DNA of 64,000 bases from Paecilomyces variotii (lineage: Eukaryota), in assembly GCA_004022145.1 (NCBI GenBank), contig RCNU01000001.1. One strand, given 5' to 3'. Each line of letters begins with the position of its first letter. The stretch's first letter is position 1. Below, piece by piece: positions 39,506-52,369 of the stretch. The position numbers and the translations under genes are program-made. The notes under the pieces are model-generated. The model made no database searches. It saw only the letters and a program-made list of their open reading frames with translations, and was not told where the DNA came from.

Positions 39506-40372
39506 ATTGGTCTTGCGCGCAGCGATGTATGATCAGAAGTGGAAGCGCGTCAGGGGAGGTGATGCCTTGAATAGACTCTTCTGCAGCTCCAAAAGAGAAC
39601 ACAGTCGACTGCTGAAAAGAAGGCACAAGTGGCAGAACAAGTTCAGATAAATGTTCAGACGACAAGGCTACTCCAATGGATTCTTGAAATAGTCTGTGCT
39701 GGTCGGTGTTTCAACAAGCGCCGGACCCGCCAGTAAGGATCAGAGGAAAGATGAGGTTATTTTTATCACAAAGAGCAAACAGCTTTTCAGGATCAGAGAA
39801 GCAGAAAGGCGCTTTATCTATGGCTTTTTCTCGGAGCGCCCGTTGGCAACATGTCCAGCGATCGGTTCCTGTTTTTGCGATCGCAAGCCAATGATCCCTA
39901 TCTACCAGGACCATGCAGTCTATGATCAGCGAGTTCGAAACTTGCTCAACGTCATCCCGCGTGCACAGACGAATTGTTTCCTCTGTGGCTGGTGCACGAT
40001 CGCTGCTCAGCCACAGCCTGTGGCGCAGACAGCAAGCTGCCCGACAAGTCACTGGATTGCCACATGCCGCTGTGCTTTCATTTCACCTGTCCTCTACGGC
40101 AAACGCCAGGTATACCTGCTGGTCTTTCCCGAAGCAAAGCGTGGCGGTTTACCGTCTTTCTTTTTTGTTTGTGCTTTGACGATCTATTATTCTTGTTTGG
40201 GATCCCCTACAGTGAATTGTTCTCCACTGTCCCACAGCTAGGACTTGTCCTTGACCTTGCGTCCTGCCTTGGACCATTCTAGCTATCTATCAGATCCCCT
40301 CGCCGCCTCAGTTCCTGGAGAGCTTCTCGCCCTGCGTCAGGCGAGTTGAAATGCTCAGTTCCACCAGGCACT

Positions 40373-43028
40373 ATGGCAGAAACAAAGATGCAGTTGGAAG
40401 ACTGTATGTTGACACCCTCTCTCAGCGCTCCTATCGCGTCACCTCACCATCCGGGATGACTTACGAAGCTGACCATGTATGACTCCTCGTCCAGGGCTGG
40501 ATGACCTATGTGTTCGCTTTATTATCAACTTGCCCCGTGAAGAGCTCGAATCTGTCGAGAGAATTTGTTTCCAGGTTGAGGAGGCACAATGGTTCTACGA
40601 GGATTTTATCCGCCCGCTGGACCCGGGTCTTCCCTCCTTGTCGCTGAAGGCGTTTGCAATGCGGATTTTCCAGCATTGCCCGCTGATGTCTCAGTGGTCT
40701 CACTATCACCATATTACAGCTTTCTCGGAATTTCTGGCATACAAAACTCGCGTTCCCGTCCGAGGTGCTATCATGCTGAACGAAGCCATGGACGAGGTCG
40801 TTCTGGTCAAGGGCTGGAAGAAAGGTGCCAATTGGAGCTTTCCCCGAGGTAAAATTAACAAAGATGAGAAGGACATCGATTGCGCGATCCGTGAAGTATA
40901 CGAGGAAACTGGCTTTGACCTAAGAGAAGCCGGCCTCGTCAAGGATGAAAAAGAGATGAAGTATATCGAGATCACGATGCGCGAGCAGCATATGAGGCTT
41001 TACGTCTTTCGTGGTGTCCCAAAGAATGCTTACTTTGAACCTCGCACGAGGAAAGAGATCAGTAAGATCGAATGGTACAAGCTGTCCGATCTACCCACCC
41101 TTAAGAAGAACAGGCAACACGACGAAGGATCCACAGTGGCCAACGCGAACAAGTTCTATATGGTCGCCCCGTTCCTGCATCCTCTGAAGAAATGGATCGC
41201 GCAGCAAAAGAAACACGATGAAAGGGCGCGAGAAATCTCTGGTCAGTTTCAACAGACTGAGGGTGAAACATCGATGGACGAAGCTGTTTATGCCGCTAAT
41301 GGGGCCCTTACTCCCAAGCGGGAGCTCCTACAAGCAGCAGGCCCCAGCGATCTGCCCGAGGTCACTCCATCTCAGGATGTGTCCTCTCATTTGAAACAGC
41401 TTCTCAACATAAATGGCAGTGCCACGGATGCCCGACACGCGGCAGAAGTTCCTCAGCCAGCGATGCCAGACCCGGCAAAGTCTAATGCTCTGCTTGCCCT
41501 TCTTAAAGGTGGCCCTAACGGTGTATCTCAAACTGGACCTATGCCAATGACCCAGGATCCTCCGAATGCCTCAGTGTTGCAGAACTCTCAACAGCCGGCC
41601 TCCCCGTTCTCTTCTTTAGCAGGAACCCGTGGATCAGTTCAGTTCCCAAGTCAATTTGGACCACCAGGACTGCCATCATACCCTCCGTCTTCCCCCCTAA
41701 CTTTACATCATGGACCGCCCGCAGGTGGCTTGCCGTCTGTAGCACATCTACTACAACAGCGACCGACATCTGCCTTCTTACGGATGGATAGACCTGAGTC
41801 TTTCACGGGTTACCGAGGAGAATTCCCCCATCCGCAGCAGACCCCGGCCCATCAACCCCAGACGACCCTGTCCCGCTCTATGCAGGAATCTGTGCGACCT
41901 GTTCCTGGACATCCTGACCAGCACTATGCACCTGCTCCTTACCAACGGACTGGAGACCCACAGTTTGCGCAGCCGTCCCAACATCCCAATGTTCAAGGCC
42001 CTGCTATTCCTCCCGCAAGCAAGCTACCACCTCCTAAGCTTACAAGTCATTCTCTTGCTCTTCTCAGTGTCTTCAAAGATCCAACTCCGAAGACCCCGAA
42101 GACGCAGGGAGCAACGTTGGCACCGAAGCCAGATGCTGCACCCGACATGACGCGTCGGGCCTCTCAGCACCAGGATAACCTGCTGAGCCTCTTGAAGGGG
42201 GCATCCCCTGCACCTCCGGCGAGACCTGCGGAACTGTCGGCGCAACCTGCTTCCCCCGCGACCAGGCAGATCCTTCAAAGACCTGCAGCGACTGGCACAC
42301 CTCCTTCGAAGCCGCAGACGATCATGATCAAGAAGCGCCAAGGTGGTGAAGGTCAGACCTCCGCAACTGTTTCCGGGCCGTTAAATATGCCTGATCTCGA
42401 GAAACTTGGGAAGAATCACCCAAAAAAGACGAATGGGACACCCCGCAGAGGCGCAAAAGAGCGTCTTTCTTCACCCATCACCATCTTACCGCGACCATCT
42501 AGTGCAAAGAGAGAGTCGCCCGTCTCCGCTGAACGTATTTCGCAATCCCCTCGGCGACAGCCGCAGGCCAAAACTCCCGAGCCCTCGAAGCCGTTCCAGC
42601 CCCAGATTCTTCGACGATCTGAGAATGCTGATTTGGAGACACTTTTCCCAAGTCGTACTGTAACTGTCCATGAGTTCACTCAACCTGGACATTCGGACAA
42701 GGTAGGCGGTACGCCGAAAGAGACGCCTGCCGCTCCACTGAACTACGATCGTCGCCCAAGCCAAACAGCCGCGCAGAAAGAGACACTACTATCTCTATTT
42801 GGAAAGTCGCCTTCTCAGAGGGCCCAACCGCTGGCTAAACCAGCCGAGTTGCCTTCTACTGCTGCTGGGCCCTCGATGAGCTCGGCGAACATCAGCCCGC
42901 TATCTGCATCTCAGATTCGCAGTAATGGCGCAGAGTCCGTCGGATCCGGCGGACCGGAAAGGGTCACATCGCCTGTTAACAGGGCATTTTTGCTTGGGTA
43001 TTTGCAAAACGTCGCGAAGGGTCATTAG
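40373..43028 (+). CDS. DCP2: mRNA decapping enzyme catalytic subunit Dcp2
   Basis: MAETKMQLED|WLDDLCVRFIINLP (intron 40404-40494); Box A FQVEEAQWFYEDF; Nudix box GKINKDEKDIDCAIREVYEETG; long disordered C-terminus. Confidence 0.95.
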
Positions 43029-43448
43029 ATCTCGGTTCTTCCAGAGCCGTATCGATAGGGTTTCCTGGAATGGCATAATAGGAGTTTTGTTGTGCTGCTG
43101 TGGTGGGCGCGTGAAGCGGTTTCATACTGCATACATCTCAAATTTAGCACTGGAGAGCGCATTTTATGCATTGATTTTAGCTAGCCTGTTCCACTAACTA
43201 CCTTGATAGAATCGCATTTATGGTGTCTATATCGGTACCTTCCAATGATTTTACTTCCGTACTTCCACATTCTTAATAATTATATCCCAGTACCTTAACT
43301 TAAACAAGCAACCACCATCGGTTACGTCAGAGCAGACATCGGTCATACTGCCGAACCTCACCGCCTTGATTATATACTCGGAGCTTCAGATTTGCTTAAC
43401 AATCTATGCTCAAGTTCACGCTTCCAACTTTCACGAGTTAATGCAGAA

Positions 43449-44765
43449 ATGCCTCCTCGGACGCCCACCCGATCCGTCTGTACACGGTGCCTAACAAGGC
43501 GCCGGTTATTCTCAACCAATTCTTCCCTACAGCAACAAAAGCAGCATGATCTCCCCTCTCCCCCGCCGCGCTCCGGATATGCTCGACTCGACCACCGAGG
43601 TCTCATTTCCCTCACTGGAGCAGACAGTACGACCTTTCTCCAGGGCATGATCACCCAGAATATGCTGGTTACAAATGACCCTCAGCGGTCCACACGAAGG
43701 ACGGGATTCTACACTGCTTTTCTCAATGCGCAAGGACGGGTGCTCAATGATGTGTTCATCTATCCCTCGCCAAACGGAGGGGAATCATCCTCCGCAGATG
43801 AAGCGGGTTGGATCATCGAGGTGGACAAGAACGAAGTCACGAATCTAATGAAACATCTAAAGAAGCACAAACTGCGCTCAAAGCTCAAGCTCCGTGCCCT
43901 CGAAGATGGTGAACAAACTGTCTGGTCGACATGGAATGACCAAGCGGAGCCAAGATGGGCGGCTTACAACCTCGAATCTGAATCGCCGTCCCCTTTCTCT
44001 CCATCTTCTCATATTGCTGGTTGCATTGACACCCGCGCTCCGGGTTTTGGTTCTCGTCTCGTCACGCCCGGTGATGATGACCTCCGCAAGTACCTTCCAG
44101 ACGAGTCCAAGCTCCCCGGTAGCGAAGTTCACCTACCCACCTATACATTGAGGCGGATGCTATATGGTATCGCAGAGGGACAGGGAGAAATTATCCGGGA
44201 AAGTGCTCTGCCTCTCGAATGCAATATGGATATGATGCGCGGTGTGGACTTCCGAAAAGGCTGTTATGTCGGCCAGGAGCTCACGATCCGGACACACCAC
44301 ACGGGCGTTGTACGCAAACGCATTCTTCCTGTCCAGCTATATTCTGCCGGTCAGGATCCGCACAAGTTCGGAGAAGTCCCCGTCTATGACCCTACCACCC
44401 AACTTTCGCTACCGCCTGCTGGCTCCAACATCTCTCGGATCAGTGCACGCAAGGGCCGCAGCGCCGGGAAGTTCCTCAATGGAATCGGAAACGTCGGTCT
44501 TGCGCTCTGTCGGTTGGAAATGATGACCGATATTGCACTTACAGGAGAAGGTACTCAATATACCCCAGACCAGGAATTCAAGGTCTCCTTGGATGATAAT
44601 GCGGAGGGGAAGGAAGTCAGGGTCAAGGCGCTTGTACCGTCGTGGACAAGAGACTTTATCCTGAGCGGGGTCAGGAAGAATACCGCCCGACCAGATGAAG
44701 GTGAAGGCCACAGAGCCAGGGAAATGGTAGAGGAGCTGGACGAAGAGCATCGACGAGGGGAGTAA
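43449..44765 (+). CDS. IBA57: Mitochondrial Fe-S assembly factor Iba57/Caf17 (YgfZ/GcvT family)
   Basis: Arg-rich presequence from ATG 43449; [11 protein letters not shown]; signature [25 protein letters not shown]. Confidence 0.92.
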   Translation: MPPRTPTRSVCTRCLTRRRLFSTNSSLQQQKQHDLPSPPPRSGYARLDHRGLISLTGADSTTFLQGMITQNMLVTNDPQRSTRRTGFYTAFLNAQGRVLNDVFIYPSPNGGESSSADEAGWIIEVDKNEVTNLMKHLKKHKLRSKLKLRALEDGEQTVWSTWNDQAEPRWAAYNLESESPSPFSPSSHIAGCIDTRAPGFGSRLVTPGDDDLRKYLPDESKLPGSEVHLPTYTLRRMLYGIAEGQGEIIRESALPLECNMDMMRGVDFRKGCYVGQELTIRTHHTGVVRKRILPVQLYSAGQDPHKFGEVPVYDPTTQLSLPPAGSNISRISARKGRSAGKFLNGIGNVGLALCRLEMMTDIALTGEGTQYTPDQEFKVSLDDNAEGKEVRVKALVPSWTRDFILSGVRKNTARPDEGEGHRAREMVEELDEEHRRGE

Positions 44766-45163
44766 GCAGGACGCAGCTCATGTACAGTAGTTATTCATAT
44801 CCTCTTATATAATCCATGTACACTCTACTTCTCTTGTTTAAAAGCTATCAGATGTCCACCAAATGCTTGGTTTGTTAGCCATCTTTAGTACGGTCAATAC
44901 GCCGTAGATTATCACCAGGGCTGCTTAGCAGAAGACCTCTGGTTTTCGAGAAGCGATCTAGAATATTTATGCATTAATGAATATCTCTATAGTATCTTGA
45001 TCGAACGCTTTTGGGGTATCTTTAAAATCGAATATAACAAAACGCATGAGACCTGACCAATTTCTCTTGAACGCCATCGTATGACCCTAATCTCACCAGA
45101 CATACCTCAATACTTCCTTGAAACCTTAGGCGCCTAAATCGCAACATGTATCGATAACACGCT

Positions 45164-46474
45164 CTAACTAGAGGCCTTCGCGGCCGCCTCAGCAGCGTCA
45201 GCAGCTTCGTCTTCTTTGCGGATTTGCTCCTCTAGCATTCTGCGCTCTTTCTCACGCTGTGCATTCTTCAGGCGCATCAGTGTGACCTCCTCGAGACTGG
45301 GAGTGCTGAGTCCGGTTTTCCCAGCTGACGATGAATCCTTGGGAGTGCTTGCCGCTGCAGTAGAAAACGACGCAAAGGAGGGAGCTTTGTTGGGTTTTTT
45401 GGCACCGTCCGACGTGGCTTTGTTAAGACCAGGAAAGTTGAATTTGGGGGCAGCTTTGGCACCATTGCTTCCGAATGCTGGTGTAGTTGGAGTTGTAGAT
45501 TCTAATGGCGGAGTAGGAGAGGACGCTGCTTGAGCAGTGTCTCCTCCCAGATCGGGTTCATTTCCAGAAGCCCAGAAAACCGATTCGATTACAGACCATT
45601 CGTCCTGAGCGGCTTTTCGCTTCTTCTCGCTGTCCAGAACAGCAGAGTGAGCGCTGACAATGGATGTGTAGACAACTACTCCTGTTGCTACGGTCTTCTT
45701 CTCCTTCTTGTCTCCGATCCGTTGTCGCTTGTCCTTCAATAAGAATGCGTTATCGACCTTGCCGAAGGGAGCAAATAGAGCCACCAAACGATCCTTGTCA
45801 AGCTCCAGCCCAGGGCCCTCTCGAATCCATCGCACCTTAACAGCTCTCTCCAATTCAGGGACGTTTGTCCCGCCCTCTTTCGATCGGTCCACGCGCTGAC
45901 TGCTTCTGTCTGCGGCTCCTCGACCCTCTGCTTCTTCCGCCTGGAGGCGTCGTTCTTCCTCTTCAGCTTCCCTTTTCAGCTTCTCCTCTGCTTCTCTTCT
46001 CCTGCGTCGGTTATCCTCAGCAATGCGCTCGATTTCTCGCTCCAACTTCGCTTCCGCATCATCACCGCCATATCCAGCCATGCCTGTCGCCATCCAAGGC
46101 CTCTTTAGACCCCTCTGCGCAGCCTCCGCAGCCATTCCAGCTCTCTCACGCGCTTCTAAGTCCTCCTTCATCTTCCTCTTGGCCGCGTCCATCATTTCCG
46201 TCTCGCGCTTCTTCCGCTCTCGCGCCTCTCGCGCATTGTTGTAGAGCTCCCGCACCGACGGGTCAGACAGCACATCGTAGGCGATTTGAAGTAGATGGAA
46301 CTTCTCGATATCGTTTGGGGTAGGATTCTGGATCTTATCCGGGTGATACTTAAGTGCGGTGCGTCGGTAAGCTCGTCGAATTTCTGCTTCATTCGCTGCA
46401 GGCGAGACGTCGAGGAGCGCATAGAAATCCTGCGCGGAGGCCGCATGGGCCTTTAGATCGTCGGAGGGGGCCAT
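45164..46474 (-). CDS. CWC23: Spliceosomal J-domain protein Cwc23/DNAJC17
   Basis: N-terminal J domain with YHPDK; MKEDLEARER coiled coil; degenerate RRM (VKVRW..LFAPFGKV). Confidence 0.85.
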   Translation of the reverse strand: MAPSDDLKAHAASAQDFYALLDVSPAANEAEIRRAYRRTALKYHPDKIQNPTPNDIEKFHLLQIAYDVLSDPSVRELYNNAREARERKKRETEMMDAAKRKMKEDLEARERAGMAAEAAQRGLKRPWMATGMAGYGGDDAEAKLEREIERIAEDNRRRRREAEEKLKREAEEEERRLQAEEAEGRGAADRSSQRVDRSKEGGTNVPELERAVKVRWIREGPGLELDKDRLVALFAPFGKVDNAFLLKDKRQRIGDKKEKKTVATGVVVYTSIVSAHSAVLDSEKKRKAAQDEWSVIESVFWASGNEPDLGGDTAQAASSPTPPLESTTPTTPAFGSNGAKAAPKFNFPGLNKATSDGAKKPNKAPSFASFSTAAASTPKDSSSAGKTGLSTPSLEEVTLMRLKNAQREKERRMLEEQIRKEDEAADAAEAAAKASS

Positions 46475-47284
46475 TGTTTTCTAGATAAAGGCGGCCGTGT
46501 ATCACGGAGAAGCAAGAGGGCGAACCTGGATCGATTCAGTACTGAGCTGCTGTCGTGGAGCTTCTGGGGGGAGTAGGTAAGATTCTGTGGAGCCAACGCG
46601 CGCTTTTCCCTCGAGACTTGGTGAGAATCCGGGTAAAAGTACGCTTCAAGCACTAATTCAGAGGAACTGCGCGTGCTCGGGCTCTTCACGGATGTTATAA
46701 GAGGTTGACGTTCTTCAAGAGCGTAAGTTGTTCTGTGCCGCCTCTGACGGCGTTGAGTGGCGCCGGGGATTTCTCCAATGTCCGTGCAGGCACCAACCCA
46801 GCCAATAATAGTAACTTCTTTAGATCTAGCTATATAGGTAGGTAGTTTCTTAGAGATAGCTGCTCTACATCGATGAGTAGATCCAACTCGATGATACAGT
46901 GTATTATTATTCATTGTCTATCTTGTAGGTCGGAATATGTAAATATCTAGTCGACCTCGTATTGAAAACAAAGACTTTAGTGCAGTGGTAGTTGTTGTAG
47001 TCGATATATATCCTCCATAACTAACATATTTCCGTTAACCAGAGAAAAAAACTCTCTGATATCTTTTCCACTAAAACCTCTAATATAGCACGCGCTTCGT
47101 ATATATGCTAATCCTATGTCTGAAGACTTGTTGGAGTTTCTACGTTCTGGAATGACACAAAAGGCACGTGCTCTCTTCAACCCAGGCTGCTCGTTGCCGT
47201 CAGGAATCCGTATTCAGTATCCGTATGCTATCGCCTGATCGATGAACTCCTGTGAATAATCAGTCTATTATCCTTGCTTGCAAT

Positions 47285-48976
47285 ATGTCCTCACTCAATG
47301 CCTCGCACGAAGCTGTTCCTGCCCCATCTCAGTCTCAGCTAGCTCTCGCTTTGGCAATCGTCAAGCTGAAGCCTGCCCATGTCGATATCAAAGGTTAGAA
47401 ACCTTTTCTTGCCAAAGGTGAATCCCCCACGAGATGAGTGCTAAACCTTGAGTAGATCACATCCTCAAGATCCGCGAACACATCAAGCATGGGAGAGATC
47501 CTATTCGTACGAGTTTCCCAGAGAAGCATCTTGACAGCGTTGCATTTTGGCAGCAGGCGTATGAGAAGTCTGAAGCTACTCAAAGCAAACTCCTCGACCG
47601 GATTTATGAGCTTGAACAACGTAATGAGGCGTTGCTGTTGAAGCTTCAGCCCAAAGAGCCCGAGGGGACAAAGGCCCAGGGACAGGGGAAACGGAAGTCA
47701 AAAGCTAATGAGGTTATCTCTGCGCCTTTGAAAAGAGCGAAGACGCAGATTCCTACATCCTGTGGTGATATTGCAAGAGACAAGTTCGGCTCTTATGGTG
47801 ATGTAGTTGGTGGGTTTGAGCCATCAGAAGGCTGTAAGTCAGTGATATCCCCAAGGAGAGTTCTTTCTGACGGCCTTAGATACAGCACCTTTTATGCGCC
47901 AGTTATATACGCTGCAGAGCACCTTACATAAGAAATCGAGTCGCAGTAGCATCGTTCTTGCTGCAGCGAGTTTGTGTAAATCTGCAGAGGATGTCCTACG
48001 TATGGTCCCTTGTGAGGCGAGTGCGCCAACAGGTCGAACCAAAACGTCCCTCCAAGTGGACAATCCTCAGCCAGATGCTAGCTCAGTACTGAATGGAGTC
48101 CAATATGCATATGTGGCCATATACCAGGCGCTAGATAAGCTTTCGGGTGGCAATGAAAGGACCCGGGAGACTGGCCAAGTTATTTATCATGCAGTTTCAT
48201 TGTTCGAAAGTCTCATGGAACTTCTGCAGAGGAGCTCGAAGACTAATGTGGAAGACTCCCTGGATAAAGGCTCATCAAAAAGGCAGAAAAAGGTCGCGAA
48301 ACCAAAGGCATCGAAAGCTACAGGGAAACACCAAGCGTCAAATAAGGAGGACGAAGACGGATTAGCGACTCATATATCGAGTGTTCTCTGCAACATGATG
48401 TTGCATCTCAATCTCTCCAGAAGAGAACATAAGAGTCTCTTGGAAGGATATCTATTCGTCTTTCTCAACCGCATAGGAAAGGTTCTGTGTGTCTTCGTCT
48501 TCGGAGATTTGCAGTTGAGACCAGACCTAAGGGCAGATACTACCAAGCTCCCGCTGCCTGCAGGACTGACCGCCACCAGCCTTGATGATACTAATCTAAA
48601 GGCTATGAAAGGAGAAGCAAAATATCTCATTTCGATCTTGGAGAGAATAATACATCTCCTTGGCTCATTATATGGATCGTCTCACTCCATAATAGCAAGT
48701 AAGGAGGGAGATACAGCTAACCACGGTCAATCTCACGGTATGCCACTTCCTCTGCAAGTAAAGAAGAAGCTACAAAATACTTTACTCTCTGCAGTATTTG
48801 GAGATGAACCTCTATTCAAAGATTGTTTGAAAAGGCCAGGTTTGCCCGGTAAAGCGGAGCTAGAGAAATTACTGGCTCGTGAGCCAGTTTCGGACAAGAC
48901 AGTGCCTGACTGGTTTGTGCAGGAAGTGTGGACATTACTGGGATGGGATATCCTAATGAAAAATGACAAGAACTGA
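47285..48976 (+). CDS. Hypothetical fungal protein (three exons)
   Basis: ATG 47285; plausible introns 47394-47455 and ~47835-47885; long final exon in ORF 47894-48976 ending WFVQEVWTLLGWDIL. No function recognised. Confidence 0.65.
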
Positions 48977-49214
48977 GCATTTCCACTCCATAAGTGATTT
49001 GTTTCTGACCGTGTCTTACTCCCGACTGTCGATCTCACGCGTTGTTCATTATACAAAGTATATTGCAGCTTTATATCGGTATCATATCATTGACTCCTGG
49101 CCTGAATGATCCGCATGCATATCCATTCTGTCTTTGAAGATGTCCCAGATTTCTGAGCATAACTCACGTCCACTCTTCTCTATCTCTAATACGTACTAAT
49201 GGGTTAAGGCTTCC

Positions 49215-50433
49215 TTATTTGAGATCCAAAATTCGGACTGCGTTTCCTCCCAGAACAGCCTTTATGGAATCTGTATCCCCGGCGAGCGTAGCATCGATCG
49301 CTTTGTAGTTGGTCGTGACACTGAGCCAAGGCTCTTCCTCCTTGCCATCGAGTGGAGGGAAGAATGGATGATCGGTTCCTGGCACAATTAGCAAAGACTG
49401 ATTTTCGCCCAAAATCACAGATAGGATTTATAGCTTCCATACCGAATAGCAACCTGTCCGGTCCTCCTGCTGCATGAATAGCGGCCTTCAGCCCAGCTTT
49501 CCCATATACAACGGCATCGAGGTATATATTTGTTTTCAACACATCCCACACACTCCTGCTGGGTCCTTTAGTATCGCCACCATTGGCAATGAATTTGCGC
49601 TCGTGTGCGATACAGCTCTCTATCCGTCCTGCCAGGAAAGGAAGAGTGCCCCCGGAATGAGCCAGCAAGATTTTCAATCGTGGAAACCGATCAAACACAC
49701 CAGCCAGGAGCATTCGCGTGACCGCAATGGTCGTCTCAAGTGGGAATCCCAGGGCTAGTGGAAGGACATGGCCGTATCGATCTGTTGCTTCAGGACCACC
49801 AAATGCTTCGTCTGGCAGGCCATAATGTGGATGAAGAAAGAGAAGAGTGTCCGTGTCTTGCAGAGCTTTCCAAATAGGATCCAGGCCAGGGTCGTCCAAT
49901 CCTTTGCCCAGCCCAGACGTGCCCATGATCACTCCTCGCAGATGCGGTAGTGTCTTCAGTCGCGCAATTTCCTGTGCGACAATATCTGCGCTAGGTGCAC
50001 TGAGCGGTAGGGCTCCGAAGGCGAAGAGGGTCTCCTTCTCATGCAGGGCACGTACTCCGTCTGGGTCTGCTGCAGTGTTCACTTTGGCACAAGTTGCTTC
50101 CAGATCATCATTGATTTTCTCAGCCCATATTTGTGCCTCCTCTGGTTCAACAAAGTCTAACCACGGATTAGCCAACGAGACAACACTGGTAGTGATACCA
50201 TGCCGGCGCATGAAGGCCAGCTTGACATTGATGTCGGAGTACGATGAATCGACGGGTCGCCCTCGTTGGTCAAGAGGAATAGATTCACTGTCATCGGAGG
50301 ATAGGATGATCAATCGCGAAGGTGCACCAGAAGCAGGGTCATGAACATAGGGTACTGTCTTGCGCGAACGCAGCATATCTATGTAGGACTGGGGGTAGAC
50401 ATGGGTGTGAATGTCGACAATTGGATGCGACAT
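49215..50433 (-). CDS. Uracil-5-carboxylate (iso-orotate) decarboxylase, amidohydrolase/ACMSD family
   Basis: VDIHTHVYP metal motif, SLANPWLDF, FLHPHYG, LALGFPLETTIA, LAHSGGTLPFLAGRIESC; intron 49379-49442 joins LLFG|TDHPFFPP. Confidence 0.9.
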
Positions 50434-50744
50434 TGTGTTTGAAAATTGCTCGTAATCTCTAATGGATCACACTGTGCGAATTCAAGGCCTCGGTGCGTCG
50501 ACAGTTAGTAAAGAATATCAGAGATCGAGACAGTATGGTTTTCCAAGCAGACGAGGGCGGGGTATCAACGAGGGGAAGTCGACAAGATATGTGGAGGGGT
50601 CAGATCTCGATCTCGAAGTCCACGCAACTGGAAATGGCAAGTGACTAGAGAACTCCCCCGGAGCCATTCCAGAAGAAGGCATCGGATAGAGCCAGATTTG
50701 AAGCTATCGTGACAGGTAATATGGATATCGTACATATTGTCTTT

Positions 50745-50952
50745 CTTATCGAAGCTTATCATCCGACAAGCCGCTGGGAAGACCAAGAGATAAGCCCGTC
50801 GATAAGCCTGATAAGAACGAGGGCATCAGTATTTATACCTGCCTTAGACTCCACCCACATACTAAGGGACTGGTAATACAGCCTCAACGATGTTTTGAGT
50901 CGGCGGTATTGGAATCTGTTCCGCGGAGGCTTGAGTGTGCCACATTGATAAG
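50745..50952. promoter_or_regulatory. Cluster of six GATAAG (GATA-factor, AreA/NIT2-type) sites in a bidirectional promoter
   Basis: CTTATC at 50745 and 50755; GATAAG at 50789, 50801, 50810 and 50947. Confidence 0.7.
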
Positions 50953-51015
50953 AAATTCCCCCGCGCGGCGTCAACCGTTACTCATACATACATCGAACAA
51001 TATCACTTTTCGAAA

Positions 51016-52132
51016 ATGGAGGGAAACATCGCTCAACAAGAGTGCAAGCCTGCGTCGACGGGCGTCGATAAAGATGATCTAGTTATTCCTGTAAATATCT
51101 CCTCATCTCCAGCTTTCGAGCAATGGAATGCTAAATCAACAGCTTATCGATTTCGAGCCCTTCCGGGCTGGGAGGCCTGCCGAGAAACATGCAGTCGCCA
51201 TTTCCATCCTCAATGCCTTCAAGTCGTCAGGATTCCTTTATCTCAAAAACCACGGAATTCCACCCTCGGTCGTCTCAAAGGTCTTTGGTGATTCAGCACG
51301 CTTTTTCGCTCGCCCGCAGGAGCAGAAGGACAGCCTAGGCTGGACAACCCCGCAGTCCAACCGTGGATATGTGGCTCGTGGTCGTGAGAAGGTTTCTCTA
51401 CCAGATGTCGAAGCTTCAAGTGTCGAGGCTATGCGCGCTGCTATCCCAGACTTGAAGGAAACTATGGAGATCGGCTGCGAAGGGAAAGAAGGGTACCCTA
51501 ATCGCTGGCCGGACCAGTTGGACGAGGAGGGCAAAGAGTTCAAGCAGACGATGCTCGATTTCTTTGAGACCTGCAAGGACCTACATATGCAGATCATGCG
51601 TGCTATAGCTATAGGAATGTCACTGCCGGAGCACTTCTTCGACGAGTTCACCGATGGCGGAGACAACAACCTTCGTCTTCTGCATTACCCGCCTATTCCT
51701 AAGGATGTCTTCAAGAATAACCCGGGGCAGGTCCGCGCTGGTGAACACAGCGACTATGGGTCTCTTACACTTCTTTTCCAGGACTCGCGGGGCGGTCTGC
51801 AAGTGCGCAGTCCAAATAATACATTTGTAGATGCCGTCCCAATCCCTGACACCATTGTTGTTAATGCCGGTGACCTGCTGGCCAGGTGGTCCAACGACAT
51901 CATCAAAAGCACCCGCCATCGGGTCGTTGAGCCGACTTCTACAGTCGAAGAAGACGACAAGTCGAATATGTATCCTGCGCGATATAGCGTTGCGTACTTT
52001 TGCAACCCCAACATGGACAAGTTTATCGACGCTCTGCCAGGAACTTATGGTGACGAGATCGGTGTCCCCAAGAAGTATGAGGGGATTAAATCAGGGAACT
52101 ATCTTGTGCAGAGGTTGACTGCGACATACTAG
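51016..52132 (+). CDS. Thymine dioxygenase (thymine 7-hydroxylase), 2OG/Fe(II) oxygenase
   Basis: ATG 51016, intron 51091-51142; NRGY..GREKV, DLKETMEIG, LRLLHYP, RAGEHSDYGSLTLLFQD (HxD), STRHRV, RYSVAYF; divergent from the decarboxylase. Confidence 0.87.
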
Positions 52133-52369
52133 TAGATATTATATTCCCTTTAGCGCATCTGGTCCAGTCATGTCTTTTATTTTTACTATGTTAATGTATA
52201 TGATATCCTCTTTATCTTCTATTTTCAATGTAATTCATAGAAGTTTTGTGTCTGATGTTCCGTAATACTTTCATCTCTAGGGTAATATACACGTCTGCCA
52301 TGGAGATAATCGTGTAATTTAGTTGCAGATTGGCTGTCCTTTGCAAGAAACTCGTGGCTACTTGCATGT

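Noticed and set aside
39696..40282. Overlapping Cys-rich ORFs upstream of DCP2
   Set aside because: They lie in the divergent promoter/leader, mostly have non-ATG starts, and show no family signature.
46790..47120. TA-rich patch suggestive of a RIP-mutated transposon (similar at ~890-1500 and ~57000-57140)
   Set aside because: No terminal repeats or transposase remnants recognisable by eye; would need RIP indices and a repeat search.
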